NCBI RefSeq assembly: GCF_009914755.1
Contig: NC_060945.1
Length of the DNA: 64,000 nucleotides
From: the human T2T-CHM13v2.0 reference genome, Homo sapiens
Reading direction: 5' to 3' (one strand)
Shown: piece by piece, positions 34,029-47,089 of the stretch
How positions within the stretch are numbered: the first letter of the stretch is position 1
How the letters are laid out: every line of letters starts with the position of its first letter
Position numbers and translations under genes: made by a program
Notes under the pieces: model-generated
Told to the model about the DNA's origin: nothing
Databases searched by the model: none
The model's input: only the letters and a program-made list of their open reading frames with translations

Positions 34029-35630
34029 CTCATTTTGTATAGACTGTATCCATAACAGCTGTCATATTAATGTCTATCACACATCAGTTGATACACCTAT
34101 TACATGAGACAACTTAAGGTCCACCCCAGTAATCAGGAAAACAACGTATGCTAAGGAGATTTTAATAGTACTTGCATGTCAAGCCTCATTAGACATATGA
34201 CAAATCCTAAAGCCCGAGCTATATTTCACCACTGTCGCCATCATCCACTATTCCCTACAGTTCCACATGACAGGACAATGTCATGAAGTTGAATACCGGA
34301 GGAGTCTCGTCGACCGTATTCCCACCCATCCCCAAATTTGTTGTGAACTTCAACAATACTGTCCTCACAAGACCTTAACCCTCACATTAAGACCAATCAC
34401 CTGAAAAAAAGCACCATGCCGTACGGTCAGGTTGACTATCCTGCTACAGTTAATCCCTTCATATCATATAATGAGGAACTAAAAGGATCAGTTTTGAATT
34501 TATCACTTTCATTTAGGTGTTTGAAGAATCTGAAAAGCACAGGTATTAATATGACCATACTAACTTGATACATTAAGTTCAAAATTTAAGCCATGTTAAA
34601 GAAACATAAAAATACTTTTAGATACCATCCATCAATACTGAGAAGAAAGCTTAACATTTATTCCTTGTTAGTAAGTATACAGCAGCAGCTAAATTAGTTT
34701 AGCCCCCAGCGGGTGGTATAAAAGACCCATACGGATACTGACCAATTACTTGAATTAAAGGGCCATAAAGACAAGCAAGTAGAGCTCACAACTTCAATGC
34801 TAACATGGGCGGAAAAATCACTGCAGGGTGTTCTGTACTAATAGTAGGATTCCACAGACAGCATAATGACTTTTAATACTTCAACATCCTTTGAGTAACA
34901 AATGATAAATGTATTTGAGACAAAACTGCTACTACACACATTGCTATCACAAAGTTTCACAATCACTTCTGTATTTAAGAACTACTCTTTTGTAGTCTGA
35001 TTTCTAAAGATTTCTCATTAATTTCATAATCATTCCAATACAAAAAATACAAAACTGGGAAACAGTTAAAATAGAATACATAATACCTTGGACTTGAAAT
35101 AATACCACGTGTAACCATTATCAGCTGAAAAGCTAGATTAAAAAAAAATCAATCAAGTTTCCCGAAGTATAATGTTTGGACCTTCAAAATATTTAGTTCT
35201 AGGGAAAGATACAAGTCAGAAGCACACACAGTGACAAGATATGCCTTGAAAACATGTCTACTGTGTAGTATGATAATCGATACACCAAGTGCTTACGTTC
35301 TGTTTAGACTTCAAAGTCTGATCAACCATGAAGTCAAAGGTGTATTACAGAAACGAGATGTAAAAATGAACAAATCCCTTCTGCCCTTTTTCCTTTTGGG
35401 AAAACTGACCTCATAGGCTCGTTCCTCAACAAACACTGACATGAAGACTTACCTGTTGGCCTCTCAATTACATCTGATGTCCCAAACCCACTGAGAGTAA
35501 AACTTGGAACTGTTTTCATTAAAAAATTCACTTTACAGTAGATCTCAAGATGGACAAAGATAAATAAGGAAAGAAACAAGAAAAATGTAAAGAGGGAAAC
35601 AGGCAGATATTTCAGCCAATTAGTTTAAAA

Positions 35631-35654
35631 CACACACACACACACACACACACA
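35631..35654. repeat. (CA)12 microsatellite in HMGN1 intron 4
   Basis: Read directly. Confidence 0.95.
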
Positions 35655-36865
35655 ATAAAAAAAGATAGGTAATAGTATACTGCTCACGCCAACATTTTTA
35701 ACAAGGTCAGCTAATTTTTTAGGCCTTCAAGTTTCCGTGCTGTTCTAACTGTATACAGAGAATTACCACATGGTCTTCTGGTAATGAGAAATTTAAAGTT
35801 GAAAAATACTATTCTCATACCTTCCGTGAAGCTTTATTTTTAAAAGGATCACAAAAACAGAACTTTCTGTTAAAGAAAACATAGTTAATATTTTTACACT
35901 CAGCTCTGTAAAAAATTTAAATTAAAAAAGAAAAAACATCTTTGTTTTATACCTTTATTTAACAAGGACAAATTTAGTAATTATCCAACAACTCCTCAAT
36001 GTCAAGGAAATTAATCTTGCCTCTTCTGATGACTGCAGTGCTAAACTTCTACCTACACTTTTAGGAAAGAGGTGAAGGCATTAACAAAAATTTTTTTTGA
36101 GACTTCAAATAGCAAACTCTCACCTAAGTTTTGGATAAAAATTAATCACCCCGCGAAGAACATGTAGAGCTTTACAGGTTTCAATGCTATATCCAAACAC
36201 AAAGCTTATACTTGTTTTACACATGTTCTGCTTTTCCACCCTGCAAGTTATCAAACACACGTACACCCAAAGCCAACTTCATTCTACAGACCTGCAATTC
36301 GAATCATGCAATCACGAATTTGTTAGGGAGCAGCCAAAATCACGGTTTTGTATAACTGCTGATGAACACTTCCAGAGTAGTGGCGGTTATTTTCTCAGAG
36401 ATCACAACTTTTTACCTCCCCACCCCCACCCCGTAAAAAGGTTAAGGCTTCCCGAAGTTGGCTTGGAAACTGTATATATAAAAACTTACACGTTCCCTTT
36501 CTCCTGGCCTCGGTGCTATCTTGACTCTTTTATTGTCAAAAAAGGAAGTACAAGCACGAATTAAAAGCCAAGCACCAGCCACAATGTACGCAACGCAAAG
36601 AATAAATTTCCTTTGTAGACTTAATATTTAATATTTTTTGTCGTCCTAAGTCTCCTAACATCTGCAGCAGCATTAGTGTGATATAGTTCTATAAACCAGG
36701 ATGAATATATCCATTACATTTTTGCCTCGACCACTAGAAAAATTATTTACCGTAATTATTAAAGTATAAATAAAGCTCCAATAGCTAATCAAAATGGAAG
36801 CCCCGCATTAAGAAGCAGTGTAGCCTAAGGCCCCGCTGCATCCCAATGCGCGTTTCGAGGCTTAC

Positions 36866-36913
36866 CTTCGCTGCTGCCTTTTTCGGCTTCGCTTCCACTT
36901 TTGCAGGAGGTTT
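36866..36913 (-). CDS. HMGN1: HMGN1 exon 4 (KPPAKVEAKPKKAAAK)
   Basis: 48 nt, ctttcag acceptor, GTAAGC donor. Confidence 0.97.
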
Positions 36914-36995
36914 CTGAAAGGCAAAAGCAGCACTGAGCGTCCTCACCCGGGACGACCCGCGGAAAACGAACGGTTACGGGGCTCGCTTTACTTAC

Positions 36996-37025
36996 AGCTG
37001 ACAACCGCGCCGATCTCCTCTTGGG
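36996..37025 (-). CDS. HMGN1: HMGN1 exon 3 (PKRRSARLSA, nucleosome-binding core)
   Basis: 30 nt, ctccaag acceptor, GTAAGT donor; HMGN signature RRSARLSA. Confidence 0.97.
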
Positions 37026-37118
37026 CTTGGAGAAAGAAAAAGGAGAGTCAGCGAGAAGAGAAGGCAGGCCAGCGGCTCACGGGAAACCCACCACCCCCCG
37101 CAGAAGGCCCGCACTCAC

Positions 37119-37151
37119 CTCTTCCTTGGCGGCGCCTTCGGCGGAGCTGAC
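37119..37151 (-). CDS. HMGN1: HMGN1 exon 2 (VSSAEGAAKEE)
   Basis: 33 nt, ccgcag acceptor, GTGAGT donor. Confidence 0.97.
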
Positions 37152-37476
37152 CTGCGGAGACGGAGACGCACGAATAGAGGCGGGCCGCAGTCCCAGGACT
37201 CGCGGGCCCGCCCGGCCCCGAGAACAATGCCCGGCCGCGTGACGTCACGGCTTCCCGCCGCCCCGTTCGAATAGCCCCCTCAGCTCCCCCGGCCGCCAAA
37301 CGTTCCAGAACGCCCGCCCCCGCGGCCGCCGAGCGCTCGCCTGCCCGCCCGCCGGTCTCCAAGCGCCTCCCGGGCCCGTCGCCACCGTGGGTGCAACGGG
37401 GCCTGGGCCTCGCGGGGCCCGGCGGGGCGCCGGCGGCGGCTCCAGGGGGCGTGTGCGGGCCGCGGCCGCCGCTCAC

Positions 37477-37491
37477 CTTCCTCTTGGGCAT
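37477..37491 (-). CDS. HMGN1: HMGN1 (non-histone chromosomal protein HMG-14) exon 1 coding part, MPKRK
   Basis: gccacgATG CCC AAG AGG AAG|GTGAGC. Confidence 0.97.
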
Positions 37492-37498
37492 CGTGGCG

Positions 37499-37555
37499 GC
37501 GGGGAAGGCGCGTGCCGGGTGCCTGCGGGGAAGGCGCGTGCCGGGTGCCTGCGGG
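37499..37555. repeat. Perfect 26-bp tandem duplication in the HMGN1 5' UTR
   Basis: gcggggaaggcgcgtgccgggtgcct x2 plus gcggg. Confidence 0.95.
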
Positions 37556-38127
37556 CCGCGGCGCGCCGACAGCCTTCGCGAAACTGGGCTGCCTTGCCGC
37601 TGCCACTCCTCCCGCCGCCCGAGCTGCTGAGACCCACAGCGGGGGCGGTGGGAGAACCGGATGGAACCGGATTGGGAGCCCGCCTCCTCCTCCCCCCGCG
37701 TCCCCGGCCGCGGGCTCCCCCTCCCCGCCGGCCGGGCCGCCCCCCACCCCCGCCCATTGGCTACGGGACTCAGCCCGCGCCCGGAATAGGTGAGGCGGGC
37801 CGTCACTCGATCCCGCACCCCGCCCCCTCCCGGGCGCCCCCCCCGGGCGCCCCCACCCCTTTCCGCCGTCTCGCGGGGCCCCAGACCCAGGCGAAGGGGG
37901 CGGGGTCCCAGTGGCGCTCCGGCCTCACGGTAGTTTGAAGCCGAGCCGCAAAGTGCGGTCTGCGCGCTGATTGGCGGACGCACGTCACGGGACCGCGGGT
38001 CCCCACCCACAATTCTTCTGGATACCTGGGCGCCTTCAGGCCACTGGTATCTGGCCCCTCCCCTCCGGGGTGAATTGGGTTCGAACATTTATAGTTCGTA
38101 TCTTAGACTGGGAAGGGAGAAGGATAA

Positions 38128-38655
<528 letters not shown>

Positions 38656-39699
38656 TGAGAGCCGTGCGCGACCGTCTCCAGCACTCGCGGACCCCCAGAG
38701 GGCTGTTTTATTTTCTCCATAGCATTGATTGAATATATATCCTTATACATTCCATATATATCTCAGGAAGAATACACAAGGAAGTGGTACCAGCGGTTGC
38801 CTCTGGGGAAAAGTGGGAAGATTGAGGGTAAAATTTCCCTTTTCTCGTGTGTAATTTTTTTTCACTTTCCTATCTGCATGGATTACCTTAAAAAAATTCA
38901 ACATCAGAGAGTACCCAAGTTTGTGGCACAAGCATGTACTGAGCACCTGCCCTGTGGCAGGCACCGTGAAGTCCCTGGGGTAGAGAGAATCCAGGTTTGT
39001 ATCCCAAGCACTGGGTCTAGTAATTTAGTGGGGAGAGAAAGTACCCAATTGGCCTAGTAAAGAAAGGGGAAGCCATCGGCAGGGGGGGTCAGCATATTTC
39101 AAGGCATGCTGACTTGCTAGAGTGTGGCAGCCCACCAAGACCTTTAAAGTGGCAGGGATGGAGATACGAAAAATGGACGTAAAGATCAGGGAAAAGAGGC
39201 AGAAAAAAAGAAGAGCAGCCCGTCATGAAGTTCGATCATTATCCAAAGATTGAGGGATACTGCAAGGTCTTAAGCAAGCGAACTCTATGCTTTTGGACTT
39301 ACCTCATAAAGAACTTTCTCCCATAAGAACCGAAGATGCGCTAGGCCAGAGGTGACAACTGATGGTCCACAGGTGTTTTATTTGGCCTAGTTTTTTTTAA
39401 GTTGCCAACACAAACAAATGGAGCAGCCAGAACTCAAATGAAAAACTATTTGGCAGTAGATTCCACTACTCATCAGCATGGGGGTTTTGACCTGCTCCGT
39501 TTCTGACCTGACCCCTTCATAGGCAAACCTGTGGGTCTTTTGCTCCGTGGAAAGTCACCATAATGATGCTAACGACCTGATCAGCATAACACACTATAGC
39601 CCAGAACTGGATTCAAGCAATCCTCCTGCCTCAGGTTCCCAAGTGGTTGGAACTACAGGCATGTGCCACCATGTCCAATTGGCAGTATGTTTTAAACCT

Positions 39700-40538
<839 letters not shown>

Positions 40539-40859
40539 TATAGTGAAGTATTTTTTCAACATGTCAGAGTCAGAAATTTTCACTTACAAATTTAGCTCTT
40601 CCACTTCTCTTGGCGTCCTTTGGGCGTGCGTTCCACAGACTGCACTTGACCTTGTATCTTGTAAGGAGGTGTTCTTTCTCCAGCTGCCAAGGTTCCAGAC
40701 CTGCTGATTTCACTCCTTTGTATTTCCTACTGGGCTTCTGGAGGAATTTTAGTTTGTGATGCCCGCATATATGTGTAGGTTATATATAGATATCACCTTT
40801 TACATTTTCATTTAGTTTTGGACGATGTGTTTCTGTGATTCAAATTCCAAAGATTCCAT

Positions 40860-41075
40860 TCTGGGCAACAACACAAGACCCCGTCTCTACAAAATTAAAA
40901 AAAAAAAAATTAGCTGGGTGTGTGGCACACACGTGCATTTCCAGTTACTCAAAACGCTGTGGTGGAAGGATCACTTGAGCCCAGGAGGTCGAGGCTGCAG
41001 TGAGCTATGATTGTGCAGTCCACTGCACTCAAGCCTGGGTGGCAGAGTGAAATCCTGTCTTAAAGGAAAAAAAAA
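40860..41075 (+). mobile_element. Partial Alu (J-like)
   Basis: 5' truncated dimer. Confidence 0.82.
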
Positions 41076-41692
41076 TTCCAAAGGAACAAAAAAATTTCCA
41101 GAGAAGTCTGCCTTCTGCTTCTGTTCCCCCTGGCTATCTACTTCTAAGAAGAAACCAATGTTGCTGCTTCTTAGGTATCCCTCTTGAGATATTTTGTGGA
41201 AGCAAATTAATATATGTTCTTTTCTTCCTCCTTTATTTTTACACTGTTTGGTACCCATGCATTTTCACTTAACAATAGAGATTGTTTTTTATCACTTCTT
41301 TACAAATTATTCTTTTTTTGTATTACTGCATTGTATTCCACCATATAGATGGAACAAACATTGTTAAAAATTGTGACAAAGTACATATAACATTTATCAC
41401 CTCAAACATTTTCAGTGAAAAGAAGAATGAAAATGAGTGAGGAAAGTTTATGAAACTTATGGGACAACTCAATGCAGCCAATATGTGCGTTATGGGAATC
41501 CAAGAAGGAGCACAGAAAGAGAAAGGGATGGAAAACTTACACTTGAGGAAATAATGACAGAAAAATTCCCAAATCTGGAGAGGAAAACAAACATCCATCC
41601 CCATGAAGCCTATAATACTGAAAATACTTGAGCATAATGAGGTTCTTGAGACACATAATCAACTTGTCAAAAGTCAAACACAAAGGATCTTG

Positions 41693-42145
<453 letters not shown>

Positions 42146-42516
42146 CTATACTTGGCAAAGCTGTCAGAAATCAAGCAGAGATAGACTTCCCAGACAAACA
42201 AAAGCTGAAGGAGTTCATCACCACTAGACCTGCTTTAGAAGAAATGCTAAACAGAGTTGTTCAAGTTCAAATGAAAGGATGCTAATTAGCAACATGAAAA
42301 CATATGAAGGTATAAAACTCACGGGTAAAGGTAAGTATAATCAAATTCAGAATATTCATACTGTAATGGTGGCATATAAATTTTAATTCTAGTATAAAAA
42401 AAGACAAAAGTATTATTATATAACTATAAAAATTGTTAGTGATTACACAGTATAAAAGATATACATTGTGATATCAATAAAATAAATGTGGGAGGGAAGA
42501 AGTAAAAGTGTAGAGC

Positions 42517-42822
42517 TTTTTTTTTTTTTTTTTTTTTTGAGACGGAGTCTCACTCTGTCTCCCAGACTGAAGTGCAGTGGCGTGATCTTGGCTCACCGCA
42601 AGCTCTGCCTCCCAGGTGCACACCATTCTCCTGCCTCAGCCTCCTGAGTACCTGGGACTACCGGCACCCACCACCACGCCTGGCTAATTTTTTTTGTATT
42701 TTTTTAGTAGAGACGGGGTTTCACCATGTTAGCCAGCATGGTGTCGATCTCCTGACCTCGTGATCCACCCGCCTTGGCCTCCCAAAGTGCTGGGATTACA
42801 GGCATGAGCACTGCGCCCAGCC
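42517..42822 (-). mobile_element. AluY in L1
   Basis: Y diagnostics. Confidence 0.9.
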
Positions 42823-43016
42823 AGAACTTTTATATGCAATTGAAAATATCAGCTTTGACTGTTATAAGTGTAAGATGTTTTATGTAAGCCTCATGGTAAT
42901 CACAAAGCAAAAACTGGTAGTAGATACACAAAAGACAAAGATAAAATAATCAAAGCATGCCACCACAAAAATCATGACATTAAAAGGAAGTAGTAAGAGA
43001 AGAAAGAAACAAAGGT

Positions 43017-43320
43017 GGCCAGGCGTGGTGGCTCACGCCTGTAATCCCAGCACTTTGGGAGGCTGAGGCTGACAGATGACTGGAGGTCAGGAGTTCAAGA
43101 CCAGCCTGGCCAATACAGTGAAACACCGTTTCTACTAAAAATACAAAAATTAGCCAGGCATGGTGGCACATGCCTATGATCCCAGCTACTCAGGAGGCTG
43201 AGGCAGGAGAATCACTTTAACCTAGGAGGCAGAGTTTGCAGTGAGCCGAGATCGTGCCACTACCCTCCAGCCTGGGTGACAGACTGAGACTGCATCTCAA
43301 AAGAAGGAAAAAAAAAAACA
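43017..43320 (+). mobile_element. Alu (Sx-like) in L1
   Basis: Dimer, TSD aaacaaagg. Confidence 0.9.
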
Positions 43321-44152
43321 AAGGAACTACCAAACAGAAAACAATGAACAAGATGGTAGTGGTAAATCCTCCTATATCACTAATTACCTTAAATGAAAAT
43401 TGATTCATTTCTCCAATCAAAAGACATAGAGTGAGCCAGGCATAGTGGTGTGTGCCTGTAATCTCAGCTGTCAGCTGCTTAGAAGGCTGAGGCAGGAGAA
43501 TCCCTTGAGGCCAGGAGTTTGGGGCTGTAGTATGCTGTAAGTGTTCCTGAGAATAGCCACTACACTTTAGCCTGGGCAACATAGTGAGACTTAATCTCCA
43601 AAAAACAAAGACATAGAATGACTGAATGAATAAAAATTTAAAGATAGACATAGGCTGAAAGTGAAGGGATAGAAAAAGATACTCCATGCAAATGGTAATC
43701 AAAAGAGAGCAGGAGTGGTTATACCATCAAAAAAATATACTTTAAGTCAAGATGTCACAAGAGACAAAAAAGATCATTGTGTGATGAAGGGTCAAATGAT
43801 CAAGAGAATATAAGAATTGTAAATATGTATGCACCCTACATTAGAACACCTAAATGTATAAAACAAATATTAATGGAATTGAAGGATGAAATAGACAACA
43901 ATACAATAATAGTGGGAAATTTGAATACTTCACTTTCAACAATGGATAGATAATCTAGACAAAAAAGAGAAACAGTGGACTTGAACAACCACTATAACCA
44001 ATAGAGCGGACATACACAGAACATTCCATCTAACAGCAGCAGAACACACATCTTCTCAAATGCACATGTAACATTTCCTAGGATAGATCATATATTGGGC
44101 AGCGAAACAAAACTTTCCTTTTATAAAGTTTAAACAAATTTAAGAAAATTGA

Positions 44153-44457
<305 letters not shown>

Positions 44458-44732
44458 TGAAGATTGAAATTATATCAAATATCTTTTTTCTCACCACAAT
44501 ACTATGAAACTGGAAATCAATAATAGGAGGAAAATTGAAAAACTCACAAATATGTGGAAGTTAAATAGCACACTCCTAAACAACCAATAGATCAAAGAAG
44601 AAATCAAATAAGAAAAAAAATCTTGAGACAAATTAAAATGGAAACACAACATACCAAAACTTACGGGATGCAGTAAAAGCTGTTCAAAGAGGGACATTTA
44701 TTGCACTAAACGCCTACATTAAGAAAAAAAGA

Positions 44733-45034
<302 letters not shown>

Positions 45035-45064
45035 GAGATCTCAAACATCTTAATATTCACCTCA

Positions 45065-45475
<411 letters not shown>

Positions 45476-46019
45476 TCAATGATAGTAATAGTTGGATTTT
45501 TAAAAAGATAAACAAGATTGGCAAACCTTTAGCTAGCCTAAGGATAAAAGAACACGCAAATAGATAAAATTATAAAAGAAAGAAGAGACATTACAGCAGA
45601 TACCACAGAAATACAAAGGCTCATAAGATACTACTATTAATAATTACATGCCAACAATTTGCATAACCTAGAAGAAATGAATAGATTCCTAGAAACGTAC
45701 ATCCTACCAAGACTGAACCATGAAGAAAGAAAAAATTTAAACGGATCAATATGGGTAAGGAGATTGAATCAGTAATCAAAATCTCCCAATGAAGAAAAGC
45801 CCATGATCAGATTGCTTCACTGGTCAATTTTACCAGACATTTAATGAAGAATTAATGCCAATCCTTCTCAAAGTCTTCCAAAAAACTGAAAAAAAAGGAG
45901 CGTTTCTAAACTCATTTTATGAGCCCATCATTGCCTTAATACCAAAGCCAGCCGTGGACACTGTAAGAAAAGAACATTACAGGCCAATATCCCTGATAAA
46001 CATAAATGCAAATAGAATC

Positions 46020-46386
46020 TAAGCTGGTGGAAAAGTAATTGCGGTTTCAGACCATGAATTTTAAATAATTATAACTAGGCTCAAACACATCTTTGTTAAT
46101 CAAAATAGGAACCATTACAATCAACACATTTTTGCCAATGAGAAACAAGTTTGTCATTCCTTTGGTGTAAAAAATCCATGCTTTGGGATTCGGTGAACTC
46201 TTGGAAAGCATTTTCTGCATTTTGCTGGTTGTGGAAGTGTTTTTCATGCAAAAAGTTGTCGAGATGCTTGAAGGAGTGGTAGTCTATTGGCGGGAGGTCA
46301 GGTGAATATGGCGGATGAGGCAAAACTCTGTAGCCTAATTCATTCAACTTTTGAAGAGTTGGTTGTGCCACGTGCGGTAGGGAGTT
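46020..46386 (-). mobile_element. Hsmar1 mariner transposon 3' fragment with terminal inverted repeat
   Basis: ORF 46096-46371 QKLNELGY..LPHPPYSPDL..DYH..FKHLDNFL..WQKCVDCNGSYFD is the Hsmar1/SETMAR transposase C-terminus; TIR taagctggtggaaaagtaattgcggttt. Confidence 0.92.
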
Positions 46387-46516
46387 GTATTAGTCCATTT
46401 TCACGCTGCTGATAAAGACATACCTGAGACTGGGTAGAAAAACAGGTTTAATTGGACTTACAGTTCTATGTGGCTGGGGAGGCCTCAGAATCATGGCGGG
46501 AGGCAAAAGGCACTTC
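46387..46516 (-). mobile_element. THE1/MST MaLR LTR fragment
   Basis: tgtattagtccattttcacgctgctgataaagacatacctgagactggg...gaggcctcagaatcatggcgg. Confidence 0.85.
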
Positions 46517-46848
46517 TTTTTTTTGTTTGTTTTTGTTTGAGACAGAGTATCTCTCTGTTGCCCAGGCTAGAATGCAGTGGTGTGACCCCGGCTTACTGCA
46601 ATCTCTGCCTCCCCGGTTCTAAGCGATTCTCCTGCCTCAGCCTCTGGAGTAGCTGGGATTACAGGCACCTGCTACCATGCCCGGCTAATTTTGTCTTTTT
46701 TTTATTTTTATTTTTATTTTTTTTTTTAGTAGAAACAGGGTTTCGCCATGTTGGCCAGGCTGGTCTTGAGCTCATGACCTCAAGTGATCTGCCCTGCTTG
46801 GCCTCCCAAAGTGCTGGGATTACAGGCATGAGCCACTGTGCCTGGCCA
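46517..46848 (-). mobile_element. Alu (S-like)
   Basis: Antisense dimer. Confidence 0.9.
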
Positions 46849-46920
46849 GCACATTTTTAATCTAATTAGGAAACAACTAAATTCCACCTCAACTTTAGAT
46901 TGGACTTGGGCAGAAGACAG

Positions 46921-47087
46921 CTGTAATCCCAGCACTTTGGGAGGCTGAGGCTGACAGATGACTTGAGGTCAGGAGTTTCAGACCAGCCTGGCCAACACAG
47001 TGAAACACCATCTCTACTAAAAACACAAAAATTAGCCAGGCATGCTTGTGCATGCCTGTGATTCCAGCTACTTGGGAGGCTGAGGCA
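46921..47087 (+). mobile_element. Internal Alu fragment without head, tail or TSD
   Basis: Covers only the central part of an Alu. Confidence 0.85.
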
Positions 47088-47089
47088 TA

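Noticed and set aside
37048-38088. 346-aa minus-strand ORF containing MPKRK
   Set aside because: Runs through promoter, UTR and intron 1; only 37477-37491 is real HMGN1 coding sequence in this frame
46096-46371. 91-aa transposase ORF as a SETMAR-like gene
   Set aside because: Only the C-terminal fragment remains, with no ATG start, DNA-binding domain or first two catalytic residues
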